A stretch of 63,906 nt of DNA, filler included, from Folioceros fuciformis (lineage: Eukaryota), in the NCBI GenBank assembly GCA_049999805.1. It is 13 parts of 13 records of this genome, joined end to end, with 100 filler letters (N's around TTAATTAATTAA, not from the genome) between each part and the next. Parts side by side here need not be neighbours in the genome. Positions count along the whole stretch, not along the records: positions 43,787 to 50,312 come from JBNGIO010004853.1; positions 50,413 to 62,182 come from JBNGIO010004854.1; 11 more parts are not named here. One strand, written 5' to 3'. The translations under genes and the position numbers were made by a program. The notes under the pieces were generated by a model. That model had not been told where the DNA came from, searched no databases, and saw only the letters and a list, made by a program, of their open reading frames with translations. This document shows positions 49,411 to 62,282 of the stretch, one piece after another. Positions within the stretch are counted from its first letter, which is position 1; the number at the start of each line of letters is the position of its first letter.

Positions 49411-49575
49411 TGAAACGATATAGATATTAAGTAGGTCCAGTCCTTAGGTTAATTAGCGAACTAGACGGTTACCTAAATACGGTTGTAACCGTCACATGTC
49501 AGGTAACACACAAAACGTGTGTTACCCCCATAATGCAAATTCATTCGATCCTAATAGTTTGCATGGTATCAGAGC
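49411..49575 (+). mobile_element. Very short 5' LTR (49411-49563) plus iMet PBS (49564-49575), nested
   Basis: TGAAAC...GTTTGCA-TGGTATCAGAGC; host gag coding stops at 49410. Confidence 0.8.
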
Positions 49576-49989
49576 TCCATGTTCACGGGGCTGTGACCTG
49601 CTTGCAGACGCGCCGCATGCACAAGTTCTATATTCTTTCGTGGAGTATGGAGGAGTTGTGTTCTTAATCAACGATCGTTGGCCGATCGGAGGCGCGCCAG
49701 CAGCGATCTGGGAAATGCTTCATGCATACAGCTTTCTCAGATGTCAAGATTGATAGAAGCAACCGATCTGGTGTTCTCTTCTTGAAGCGCTGTGACGAGG
49801 CTGATCTTTCTTTAGCAAACCAGCCAAGGTATGGGACACTAGAACCTGCACACAAATGAACTCCAGGAGCAATTCTTGGAACAATGTAGTGTAGTCTTTG
49901 GTGCATCATGCTTGGTTTGCGAAAAAGAGAGCGCCTGGCCAGACGTGCGCTAAGGCTGGCGAGTACCACAGAGTTTGAGCGCCGGTGTG

Positions 49990-50312
49990 TGTGAACCTCC
50001 AAAGTTTGGAGTACTAGTTTGTTTTGGTTGAAAAAGGGTTAATCGTGGTATGGTTTGGTTTTCTTTTTCTACTTCTTTTTCCTAATTTTTCTTTATTTTC
50101 TGGTCATTTTTCCTATTTTTCTTTGTGCTAATTAGGTTAATTGACTAGGAAATAGTTGGTTTGGTTATAAGAGTGGGTATAGGTTTGGTCCCAGACCTGG
50201 GAAGGTTTAGGTCCGGTACTGAACCATAAGGTCGAGAAAGGTTGAGTCTAGGTCTGGTGATTAGTTTAATATTAATTAAAGATATATAATATTAAATGAT
50301 TAAATAATAATA
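49990..50312. mobile_element. Terminus of a nested LTR (TGTGAACCTCCAAAG family)
   Basis: Matches 4255-4309. Confidence 0.8.
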
Positions 50313-50412
50313 NNNNNNNNNNNNNNNNNNNNNNNNNNNNNNNNNNNNNNNNNNNNTTAATTAATTAANNNNNNNNNNNNNNNNNNNNNNNNNNNNNNNN
50401 NNNNNNNNNNNN

Positions 50413-50602
50413 ACAGCCGCTAGCAGTAACGAGAGTACAGCCGCTAGCAGTAACGAGAGCACAGCCGCTAGCAGTAACGAGAGCACAGCCGCTAGCAGTA
50501 ACGAGAGTACAGCCGCTAGCAGTAACGAGAGCACAGCCGCTAGCAGTAACGAGAGTACAGCCGCTAGCAGTAACGAGAGTATAGCAATAACGAGAGTACA
50601 GC
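50413..50602. repeat. 24-bp minisatellite, at least 7 copies, running into the contig end
   Basis: ACAGCCGCTAGCAGTAACGAGAGY. Confidence 0.96.
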
Positions 50603-50616
50603 TGCATTGGGCCGTC

Positions 50617-51030
50617 CCTTTCACGGACAAACATACCTCCAATCAACTTCGGTTCCTTATGGAAGGAAGCTTACCATCTTCCACATACAAACATACCTCT
50701 AGTCAACTTGGGTTCCTTATGGAAGGAAGTGTACCATCTTCCATTCTTTCCGCTTGAATTGGTGAGAAATCGTCCTTCCACAAACAAATATACCTCCAGT
50801 CAACTTGGGTTCCTTACGAAAGGAAGCTTACCATCTTCCATTCTTTCCACTTGAATTGGTGAGGAATCGTCCCCCTCATTTCTTCTACATTCCGCTTGAA
50901 TTGGTCAGGAATCGTCCTTCCACGGACAAACATACCTTCAGTCAACTTGGGTTCCTTACGGAAGGAAGCTTACCATCTTCCATTCTGTCGACTTGAATTG
51001 GTGAGGAATTGTCCCCCTCATTTCTTCTAC
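50617..51030. repeat. Imperfect nested tandem repeat (4 cores, 60-135-bp spacing)
   Basis: ACAAACATACCTCCAGTCAACTTGGGTTCCTTAYGGAAGGAAGCTTACCATCTTCCA recurs. Confidence 0.85.
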
Positions 51031-51034
51031 GGTG

Positions 51035-53600
51035 AGAAGTATCTAATTCTAGATTTGCCATAACAAAAGCCTCCAACGTATAAACCCCCCATGCACCATT
51101 TGCAATCTCCTCTTGGACCATTAGCACTTGATGGACGCCTATCTTCATGCCTCTTCAAATCCATGTGAAAATAGATGTACTATGCTTTATGGGAAGCACC
51201 AACTCCCTCCTAACCACCTCTCTTTCCAACAGCCTTCTAACTTGTTGCACATATGCCGAAGAAGATACAAACCTCTACAACTTGCTACTCTCATAATCTA
51301 TGAATGATAGACACAGGAGATGAACTCTGGCTCCCATGGCCCCTAAAAGCCCTACAAAGGAAGACCAAGTACATCATCCACATTGCCAGGTTGGGTATGA
51401 ATAAGAAGGCTTCTGACTTTAAGGTAGTTGGGCCAAATTGACTCAAAAGAGTGGAGAGCACTCCCAAACATCTAGTAGGGGACGATTTGCTAGAATGTTA
51501 TCCCACGCTTTTCTCCCTTATGGCCCACGATTTCCTCCCTTATGGCATAGCCTAAGTGTAATCAAGATGTTGCGTTAGATAACTCTTCCATGGAGATGGG
51601 GTTTGCTGCCCTAATGATCTACAGGGCCTTCATCTTGCACTCTAGGTCTACCAGCCCAAGCCCCCAAATCGTTTGGGTTGAACAACATGGTTCCACACCA
51701 CTTTCTAATTATTTCATATAATCCCTTGCCTTGCTTCAAAAGGAAGTTGAAGACAACTTGACGAATCCTCTTCAAGTAATAATTGGTAAGTCCTCATAAC
51801 AATAAATAATACCATAAAGAAGCGATGAGAACATGGTTGATGGCCACTACCTTACCAGCTAGGTTGAGGTTTAAGAGATGAAGACCTATTACCTTCTACA
51901 TAAACCGGAGGCAAACATATTGTCAATTTCCTCGTTTTCATATATCTCTTGAAGGGAAGCCCCAAGTATTTGTGCGAGGACCCTGCTTGGAACATGGTGA
52001 TGTACCTAATACATTTAAAGAGCTCACTTCCCACATTAAGACACAACATACAAGTCTTCCACCAATTGACATAACAACTTGACAATTGGCCAAGTACCTA
52101 TATTTATAAAGCAAGGCTTTCAAGGAGAGCTTTGAAGCGGATGAGAAGAGTAAGGTGTCATCTACAAATGCGGAAATCCATAGCTCTGCAACCCATCCGG
52201 AGCCTGAATTCTATCAATAGCTCTATGAAAAAAGTTAGAGACGACGAGAAATAAGAAGAGCACAAGAGGGCATCCTTGCCGGATTGACCTAGTAACATTA
52301 ATGTCAAACCCTTTGTAAACGAGCCATTGACTTTTACCCGGGCCTCTTTGCACGCAATCGCCACCCACTTGCAGAAGTTATAACCATTGCAAGACCAAAG
52401 CCATGAAGGCATCTCCAAAGGAAGCGTTATTCCACCAAATCATACGCCTTGTAGAAATCCAGAAATATGAAAATAGAAGCTTCTTTCTTCACTTGAACAT
52501 TGTATTTAGCTTCACGTAAAAGCAAAAGGTTGTCAAGGATGCACATGGTTTGGACGAAGCCTTGTTGTTCTGGTTCTAACCACTTGGAAAGGATTGATTT
52601 AATGTAATTCACCAAGACTTTAGCCAACACCTTATACGTAATTGTCAACAAGGTGATAGACCGATAGTTGGAGATAGAGACACTTGCATCCTGTTTGGGG
52701 ATCACAAAAGTGACACCTAGGTTAAACCACCTTCTCATGTTGTGTTCTTCTTACATTGCTTCCACCGCTCTCATTAAGAGTGGGCCCATGAACTCCCAAC
52801 TCCAAAGCAAAAACTTTGGAGGAATGCCATCATGTCTTGAGGACTTGTTCCTTGGCATACTGTGTAGGGCTTGAATGACTTCCGCAGCTATGATGGGTTT
52901 AACTAACACTTTGCACTAGGCCTCAGCCACCTTTGCTAGCATCTAATTGTAATTCGTGGTCTGATGTTGCTCCCATTTGGTCGCTTTACTTAGGCTAGAA
53001 AAAATGCCTATATAGAAACAAGCAATGAATTGTAGCAATCCCCCAATGACTGTTGGACGACACCTTAGGCATTTGGTAATGCCAGGATTCTTGATTTAGG
53101 ACACTTGGTTATGAGCCTATCAAAGAAAACCTTAGATGTGCACTCTCCCTCCTTCACCTATTTGACCTTCGTTCAAGAAAAACAACCTCTTTTTCTGTCT
53201 TCTTCACTCTTAGCTAGAGAACATTGAGTTTCGGTAAGTCGCTTCCTTTGCTCCTCACCTAGCTACCGAGATTCACCTAGTAGTTACAAGCTTGCTATAT
53301 CCACTCTAAGAAAGGCCTCATGTTGCCTTTTCTCTGTCTTTCTCCTAGCCCCCAATCCCCTTAAAAATCCCATGGCTTCATTATTTGCAGAAACTAGTGT
53401 TTGAATCATCGCCTAATCATCTTTTGCCACTTCTTGCCACAAGAGTTTAATATGGTCATAAACCCCTTCTCTAGGAAGTAAGGCCGTATTCATCATGAAT
53501 ACGGCCTTACATGCCGATGTGTAGGGAGAGCGAGCCAAGAATCTTGGATAGAGAGGAGAATGTCTCCAAGTTCTGGCCATGCTAAAGGAACTAATCAAAT
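51035..53600 (-). mobile_element. L1-clade LINE ORF2 (RT and C-terminal region), heavily degenerate
   Basis: NYRSITLL..YKVLAK, QQGFV, FLDFYKAYD, SIRQGCPL, AFVDDT, KYLGLP. Confidence 0.92.
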
Positions 53601-53726
53601 ATCTCTTGAACTATTTCCCCAAATGTCCTCTTTCCTCTCAATGAAGGTAAAATCCATTGGAAGAATCCACGGAATTTGAGTATCTAAGTGTTATCCTAGC
53701 CTTTGCTACGCCCTGATCCTTTCCAT

Positions 53727-53794
53727 TGTTGCATTCTATGCGTAGATGTTGCATTCAATGCGTAGATGTTGCATTCAATGCGTAGATGTTGCAT
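53727..53794. repeat. 20-bp tandem repeat, ~3.4 copies
   Basis: TGTTGCATTCAATGCGTAGA. Confidence 0.9.
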
Positions 53795-55299
53795 ACCCCC
53801 ACTGGACCTTGCAGGGTTAGAAGCATCAACTAGCCAAATTTGCCCTCCTTATCTTTCCCTATGTCTTAGACATTTTCAATTTGTTCCGGGTGAATAGAGA
53901 TGGATACACCATCCCTTGTAGCCTTTTCCGCACCGAGAGCACCAACTTGAGTGTCTTCTCCAGCCCCTAAAATTCCTCCTCCTTACTAACTAAAATTCCT
54001 TCATTCTTCAATATATTGAAAATTTTCTTGTATAATAATTGTAGTTTCTTTCTTGAGATTATGATACACAAGATTCTTGGATCGGATGCACCCAAAGTGA
54101 GAAATTGATGTCTCTTTTCATCTCCTGGCTGTTGAGATGGTAACAAACACTTTTTTCTCGACCGACTCATGGTCCCATTGTTTCTCAACCACATATAGAG
54201 GTGTTTTTTCCACCTCTACTAATTCTAAGTAAACCCTCAACGCCTCAAAGTTTAGAATTGATCTTCCAATGTCGATCCTTGGTGAACAAACCCACTATCA
54301 CCGACTCATTTTCCTCATCACCGCCAGGCATGAAAAATGCCTCCTCTTCAGACTGAAAAAGAACATTAGACCTTGTGGCAGGACTTAGGAATTCTGCTCT
54401 TAGCAATTTTCTGCTGCTATCTTGAACCCCACCCATATTAGTGTAGAACGCTGCCGAAGTGTGCGAGGATTCAACACATGTTTGAGACGCCTTACTTTCT
54501 ACGGCCTCCAAGCCAGATCCAACCAAAGTCCTCGCAACCATCTAGCTACGGTTGCTAACAATTGTGCGAGCCCCTTGTGTGTTTCCTATTTGGCAAGGTG
54601 ACCGTTGTGGACATGTGTTGCACCACCTTCTATAGCACTCTCCTTGTCGCAACCATAGCAGCTTAGTATTGTCTCAAAGGCATCTTTCAAATATGCTTAG
54701 TGGACCCGTGTCATTTGGCTTTGGCCAAGTTTGACGAAAACCAAAAACAAAGGGCTTGGAGCTCACCACACCCCTCCCCCTTCCCCCCCCCCCAAGCTAG
54801 CACAGCACACGCTCGTTAGGCTTAGAAGGCTAGCTCGAATGTTTGGGTGGTCACATATTTTGGTGTGCCACATTTTGTAACATGAAATTATGCTATATGT
54901 GCTACATAAGCCACCATCAATTAATAATACATAATGATTAAGAAACAATAGTGTCAATTTCGCTTTTAGGCCAACTGACAACCAAGGACTTCAAGCGAAA
55001 GGGCCAATATCCAAGGCGTGAAGGTGCAAGTCTGCAACTTCACACCCCAAAGCACGTACACAGCATCACCATGGACACCAAGTAGCTAAAATCGCTTTTT
55101 TTTTTCGCGACCAAAGTTACTAGAGGAAGCGCAGCTTGATTGAGGTAGTCATGAGGTCACCGCCGCGATTGCACGTTAGACAAGCACACTATAAAAGACA
55201 AGGAGGCACTGTTAATGAGGACGGCCACACACACTGCTCCCTTCACACGTCGAGGTACCTTTTGGGAGACCTCGGGTTTTCAATTGTTCTTGTCTCACT

Positions 55300-57430
55300 T
55301 CTCAATGTCCAGCACCAACTCGATGCCTGCATTGCAGGAAGCTAGCAAGCAAGAGCGTGGATGTTCCCAAGTATGGAAACAACTCCATGTTGCTGAATAC
55401 ACGAAACGAGACTTTAATTGCATGACTTGCTTATTTCTTGAGGCTGTTGGGGCGGCCAAAGGGAGTGGAGGTGGATTGAGAGGAGGGGAGGAGAGGAGAG
55501 AGGATTCTGCAAGCACTACTGACAGTTCAACAATTCCTTCACAAGACAGAGGCGTCCCTGGAGACGGCGAGGTGCGGTCTGGGCCTGGACTTCATGCCCG
55601 TGAGCTACTCTAGACCTCTACAAGGGAGGACTCCGGCGGTTCATTCTAAGGAGCTAACGAGGGAAGGACTTTTGCTACTAGCCGAAGTGCTTAGGAAAAT
55701 TCGGTGCTTTGGGGCTTCAATACGATGAGCATATCCACGGAGCTTGGCTTCAGTCCTCAGAGACCTTGGACGAGTACGCACCGGTGGGATTCACAAGACT
55801 GGTGCTGGCCATGACGGAGGTGATGGGAGCCTTCAAACTGCAGAGAGGCGAAGTGGAGGATGCCGTCTGGGGCCGATGCCGAGGCGATGCCGTACAGGTC
55901 TGAAATTGGGGCGCACAAGGAAGCTGGTGACTCTGAGTCTGAGTCGTCAGACTCGGATTCGAACTCATCCAAAGAGCCTGCAATTCGTCGTTTTATCCTG
56001 CAACTCCTTCTCATGAACCGCGTGCCACATCCGGCCGGGAACTACGTTCTTCTTCAGACGTTGAGATTGAAAGGGAGTAGCCGGATCACAACTGTCGGGA
56101 GGCAGCGGGATCTCCTAATGGTCCCGAGTTTGGGTATACTCAAGATAACGCACGAAGGGAGAATGGCGGAGACCGAGCTGGAGGTTGAGACGATGCAGTG
56201 GGGCGGGGAGCCTGAACGAATCCAACTACCTCTATGATTTGGAGCGCAACAAGTTGAGCAACGGGATCCAAGCACGTGATGACGATGTCAACTCAGTGGT
56301 GTCGGCAGACGACATCTGCACCCTGCTCTACTCTAGGAGCGGCGATCACGTCTGCAGTATCTGGAACACGAGGGGGAGCTACAGTCCGTGCGGGGGGTGG
56401 GACTTAGCTTTCTCCTCCTCCGCGCTGGCCACCGACTTTCAAGAAGGGGGAATTTCTGGAAGCCTGTACCTCGGGTCGGATGTGCTGGAGCGGCTGCAAG
56501 CACATGACTTGCAACTGAGCAGCGCGTTTTCCACACCGTTCCAGCGGCCGCTGGCTAATGAGGAGCCGTCCATGCTAGACAGGGAGTCGGCCCCGAAGCA
56601 ACTGGAGACGCGGCAAAGTGACTAGGCCTACTTCCGACCTGTCGTAGTTCTGGACATGCGTTGGAATCTGGCTCTTGTGGTCGTGGCTCTCTTTTTGTGC
56701 GTTGCAGCAACCTCGTGGATAGGGGGGAACGGGAAGCAACAGGCCAGGGACTTGGCCTAGCGCTGCTGGACGCGGCCTTTCTCGAGGCCTCTTTTGGGCT
56801 GAATCTGGTAAAGAGAGGTCTCCTCCTCACGGATCAGAGTGCACTGGAGACAGGGGGTGTGGTGTTGGACGACCGGCCTCAGTAGCTCTTGGCGGTGGAA
56901 TTCAGGCTGGGAGGATGTCTAGCTGAAGATCGGGTGGGAGGCGATACCAGCCATCGCAAACCCGTCGCACGAGGGCGAGTACAAGCTACAGCTGGCAATG
57001 GGATCATCCGGGAGCTCACGACACCACAAGAATGGAGGAAGACCAGTCACGGGGGCTGTGCAGGCTAGTGGACGAGTTGCGGTAGGAATGTTGTCCGGCG
57101 GTCGCACATTCAGACACGGGCTGCAGGAATCCCTACTGTGGTATTGGCTTTAGAACAGGCCGATCTGCAGAATCGTTAATCCAGCCTCATGGAATAATGC
57201 GGTGATTGCAGTGAGCAAGAGCCAGGGATCTGGGGCACTCGAGGCAGCCAAGCCAATCGGGGTGGCCTTGATTTTGAGGATGATGATTTCGACACGATGT
57301 ACCCCGGGGCGGAGATCATCATCGCACGAGCTGTTGCAGCCAGCACAGTTTAGGATGCTAGGGTTGCTCCAGGGCTTATCCGAACTCAGTTCCATATTGT
57401 TTCGGCAACCTTGTACGCGATGCAAGTTGC
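55300..57430 (+). pseudogene. Long degenerate coding-like region of unknown product
   Basis: GC-richer than its flanks, with a chain of overlapping plus-strand ORFs (55709, 55860, 56185, 56661) of protein-like composition; no family recognised. Confidence 0.35.
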
Positions 57431-58015
57431 AAATACTGTGTTTTTGACAATGAACACCGCTCCGTACACTTCCTAATGCTTAGCCTCAATGGCTTCAATT
57501 GTAAATCTGGTTGGTAAAAGGGGAAGAAATGCAAATGATGCCTCCATGCTCGTGGACCCTTCGTTCGACAACTCAAATCTTCGGAAGAACTCCATATCCA
57601 ACTTATCCTTGTGAGTAGGTGACGTGATCTACAGCGCCACGGCCGTTCTGGAAGTAGAGTGCAAGGGAGTTGTGTCGTGTGCAAGGATGCCATTGCTTTG
57701 GATGGCCCTTTCGGTCCTCCAAGGCCTGCTACATATCCCACTAAGGATAATGCTTTGTCATTTGCTACCGAACAAGGTCTCATCAAAGCGGACTCCACAA
57801 AGCCCGTTTTGCGATCTTTGAATTTGGTTTGATGTGCGCTCCATATCCATGATCCGTTCTCCATATCCACATTTTATCTTTTTTTCCACACAAGAAGGTC
57901 GTCGACATGTATTCATACTTTTTTTTATTCAAAAAACTTGAATAACACAAAAACTATTGAGCCCTCATTTTGAGTGTTCTTAAAAAAACTTGATATATTG
58001 CGACTCTTGAATGTG

Positions 58016-59431
58016 GTGCGCCGATCTACCGGCGCACAACCTATTCAAATAACATCATGTTCATGTTTACAACAACATGCTCACACAGAAATAGGGTGAT
58101 CCTGATTCGCCTTTGAATCAACAACTACATCTAAATCTCTAAGCCCTTGTGCATCTGTATCGCCAAAGTCATCCCCTCCTACCTGTAGCACGGAAAAGTA
58201 GGGGTCGTCTATTGTTTGGGGCGGCAAAGTACCATTCTCATGCCACACGGTGATGGTGAAAAGGTCATCTGCTGGCTTGTCATCATTCTACGATAGCACC
58301 TCTCCTTTCTTCCCCAAGAGACTGTACACCTACATTTTGTGGTCAACGCTATCATCCCTGCACACTTCTTTTGCCCAAAACTTTGATGGGCCGCGTGTGA
58401 AAGACTCTGTAGTAATCTCTTCATTAGATTCAGGCCTGAGTGCGCCGGCAGACCGGCGTATGCCGACTGCAATGCGCCCGTAGACCGGCGCACTTCGGCC
58501 ATGACGATTGCAGTGCGCCGCTCTATCGGCGACACTCTACCTGGCTTTGGCTACAGGAACACATAACCTGATACAAACTAGAAGTTGCAAATCTACTGGT
58601 GCCATGGTAAACAACAAAAAACAAAATGTTTCTTACCACTTTCGCAAAGGCTGTTTGGAACTTCAAAAGGTGGTCATCCTCAGTATGTTTCAAATACATA
58701 GCTTTCGCTTCTTCGAATGTGGAACACTTCATCGCAATTCGGAAAGCATGTTGAATCAAGTGGATCTTCTTCTTCTTCCCGACTTCAATGTCCATGTCTT
58801 TTAACTGGAGCTTTCCTTGAATAACTTTTTGTGTCACAGCAGTCAGCATCTCCTCTCCCTTCACACTTGCTGGGACGACTTTGAAAGGCTTTCCACAGTC
58901 TGCCCTACATCGCTGATGGATTTCTGATGCTATCTTCAGAAACCTGCGAAGATGAACTTGGAATGGCTGAGTCACCTATCTTTTGTTTTGCTTTTCCCTT
59001 CTTCTTGGTACTTGCTGTGGCCGAGCTCATCTTCTCAGGCAGCTCACACTTTTCCCACATTTTAAATATCTTGTCCATGTTATTCATTGAAGACACTTTC
59101 ATTCTAGTGTATGGATTTGATTCGACACGAAAAAAACAACTTCCTTCCTGCACAAGGAACCTAATTCTCAAAAACTTGTATGTCATGAAACGCGACCATG
59201 CAACACTTCCGCTTGAAAATGATGAAGTCTTACTAGACGTTTAGATCATACTATTAAGTACAGACTAGCATGATGTCTTTTGGTTTGAGCGGCAGGCAAG
59301 TTTCGCTTTTCAAATGCCAAATACACGAGTTCGGTAGTGTGGCGGTACTTGTTGTGCGCCGGTGCACACTACCAAACTGTGCGCAGGTCTACCAGTGCAC
59401 TTTAATAATGAGTGTGCCGATATAGCGGCAC
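58016..59431. repeat. Dispersed 22-bp palindrome, consensus GTGCGCCGGT-CT-ACCGGCGCAC (also at 43574)
   Basis: Variants at about 58016, 58440, 58473, 58513, 59379 and 59412. Confidence 0.8.
58630..59220 (-). pseudogene. Lys-rich coding fragment, probably a DNA-transposon gene
   Basis: Overlapping ORFs 58905..59186 and 58523..58975, flanked by the 22-bp palindromic repeats. Confidence 0.35.
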
Positions 59432-59990
59432 CCTATCCTACTAAAATTTATGGAAAGTATAGGTAGACCTCCACGGCTGATTATTTAAAGAATAGGGTCG
59501 ACTAAGATCAAGGATAGCTCAAACACGCAAGACTAAACATGGAATCGGACAAACCTGGATTACGTGATACCTGCCATATTACTAGGTTTTGTCATGTATT
59601 TGAATGGAAGGACACCCAGAAATTTGCATATACTGACATAATAAATGATGTTTGCCTTGGTACGCAACACCCTTTCCCTCCACGTTTATGCATCGCAGAA
59701 AAAAAAAATGCATCAAAATATGGATATCTAACACGAAATTTGAACGTCAAAATCTAGCAAAGCTTGAAGTGGCGAAATCTGCCTATTTTGATCAGACCTT
59801 GTTAACCCTGGCCAATCACAAAATAAGAGGAATGCAGACCCATGGATCCTGGTACTTGGTGTTCGACGGCCGGGAGGACGAAAACGTTTTGCAGAAGCTA
59901 GAAGCGGACGCCAACTTGCCAGCCCCAAGATCAAACCCTCAAACACTCAAGCCTACGGCTGCCTGTAATATGCTAAGCAACTCCAGGTAG

Positions 59991-62025
59991 ATGGTAGTAG
60001 ATAAAATATGCAAGTATGAACGGGGACCTCAACTTCAGGTCATCTCATGGAATGTTAGAGGTTTAGGAGGATGGTCAAAGGTTGCCTCAAAGTGTCGACG
60101 ACTCAAACATATTCTATAGGAGGACATCACGTGGGACGTGATATGTATTCAAGAACACAAGCTTGCGATACAGCAAATACAACGAGTCAAAAAAATCTTC
60201 CTACCAAGGCAAATTGAGTGGGTAGCGGCTAGAGCAGGAGGACAGGATGATGAAACTCAGGCTCGGGACCAAGAGTCGGCAACACGTGGGGGAGTGTCTA
60301 TAACAGTTCATCTTGATCTAGCACATAACATTTTAGAGACTGGACAAAATGAAATGGGAAAATTTGTATGGCTGGTCCTCCAAACTCCTCAAGGTCCCCT
60401 TGGAATCTATAACATCTATGCCCCTAATGCTGCTCTTGAAAGAAGTAGATTATGGAGTAGGTTGGGGGTGCACTTGGACAATCAGATCCCTTGGACGCTG
60501 GCAAGAGATTTCAATTTTGTGGAAAGACGAGAAGACATTCAAAGGGATAGCGTAGTGGAGGTTCGCACGGTGCTCTTGTCTTGGCAAGAACTAGGGGATA
60601 GTATCTTGAATGTACAAGATCCTTGGTTGGTCCTACCAGCACACCGCCAACCATAATCCCTTCTTTTCAGTTGGTCCAACCAGCAACATGTAACCTTTAG
60701 AGCTCAAAGACTAGACAGATTCTACGTCCCTACTGGCTGGATGACCTTTGTATAGGGATACAGTATTCTGGTTGGAATGGTATTATCAGATCGACACCCA
60801 ATTTGCCTTCACCTATAGTTTTCCCCTAACAAGGATATTCAAAAGGGTAGTAGGCGAACCTTTAGGATGAACACATCCCTACTCATGTGTGACGGGGTGT
60901 ATGATCACATCAAACACCTTTGGCAAGGAATTGAATAGGTCGAGGCACAACCGGTACAAAAGCTTATTAAGGCGAACAACGAGGCCATTGGTTTTTTGAG
61001 AAGATTGGGTGCCAAACGAATGAAAGAGCAGCGGCAACGAAAGGACTTCCTACGGGAGGAACTAGGTCTTCTCCAAAGGGCTGGAGAAGAACGGGACCTC
61101 AGTGGAGATGACGATCGGAGGTGCGTTGAGGTTCAATGTGAACTTGCAAAGATGGAAGAGGATAGAGCTAGGGGGTGGTTCAAGCGAGCTAAGGTAAAAT
61201 GGAGAGAAGCATATTGTCCATCTAAATTCTTTTTTGATAAGATGGCAGCTAATTGGCATAAGTCTAGAATCCCAAGCCTTTCGGATGCTCTGGGAATCAT
61301 GCAGGACTCGTTGGTAGCTCGTTAGGCTTAAAATAGCTCATCTTTGTCTTCTTTGTAGTTATCTTTTCTAGTATAGGGAAAATTGCTGGGTGGGAACACC
61401 TCTGGAATTCAACCTATGGCCGTCTTCCTTCTAAAGTGTCGCAGGTGCACCACACGGCTTTAGACAAGCCCATTACAACTGAGGAAGTATTCCAAGCTTT
61501 GAAGGGCATGTCCAAGAACAAGTCTCCAGGACATGAGAGAATCCCTCTCGAGTTCTTGGTATGGGGATAGGAATTCATGGAACCCTTATTTATGGAGGCG
61601 GTCAATACGATATGGGAGGAAGGTAGTATGGGCATGTGGTTCAATTTGGGCATCATTTCCTTAGTACCCAAGCAGGATGCAAGCCTCTCCATATCCTCCC
61701 CATTACTTTACTTATGACAACATACAAGGTGATTTCTAAGGTGCTCGCTAATCGCATCAAACCCTTCATGGATGAATGGATTGAGGTAGAGCAGAGGGGT
61801 TTCATACAAAGTAGGTGCATCCTGGACAACCTGTTACTTATGCAGGAGGCTAAACACAACATCTTCCCTTAAGACAAATCAGCGGTATTAATATCCTTGG
61901 ACTTCTACAAGGCGTACGACTCTGTCGAATGGCATTTCTTCTGGAGATGTCTAAGGAATTTCAGGCTGGGTAATAATTTTTGTAGATGGGTGGCCATCCT
62001 TTGTGAAGATGCAGGAGCCATCCTC
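59991..62025 (+). mobile_element. L1-clade LINE ORF2 (APE endonuclease plus first half of RT), degenerate and 3'-truncated
   Basis: VISWNVRGL, ICIQEHK, NIYAPN, RDFN, RLDRFY, SDRHPI, KSPG, PITLL..YKVISKVLANR, LDFYKAYD. The ATG at 59991 directly follows the in-frame TAG of ORF 59652..59990. Confidence 0.94.
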
Positions 62026-62282
62026 CCGAAGATCCTTCTCTTATGAGGGGATTGAGCGTGCGATGAAGGTGATGCTAGCAACGGTCTAGCTTGGGGCCTC
62101 AATGGAAGAGATGAGCCCCCCACGGGGGGGCTCAATAGTTGGCACATGGGCGGCCGTGGTCGGTATGTGTTCTAGTAAACAANNNNNNNNNNNNNNNNNN
62201 NNNNNNNNNNNNNNNNNNNNNNNNNNTTAATTAATTAANNNNNNNNNNNNNNNNNNNNNNNNNNNNNNNNNNNNNNNNNNNN

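Noticed and set aside
50361..50646. LLLAAVLS-repeat membrane protein
   Set aside because: It is a translation of a 24-bp tandem repeat running into a gap, with no other coding evidence.
62112..62134. TGAGCCCCCC..GGGGGGCTCA hairpin as a terminator or Helitron end
   Set aside because: There is no U-tract and no CTRR at the expected distance, and it is a single copy at a contig edge.
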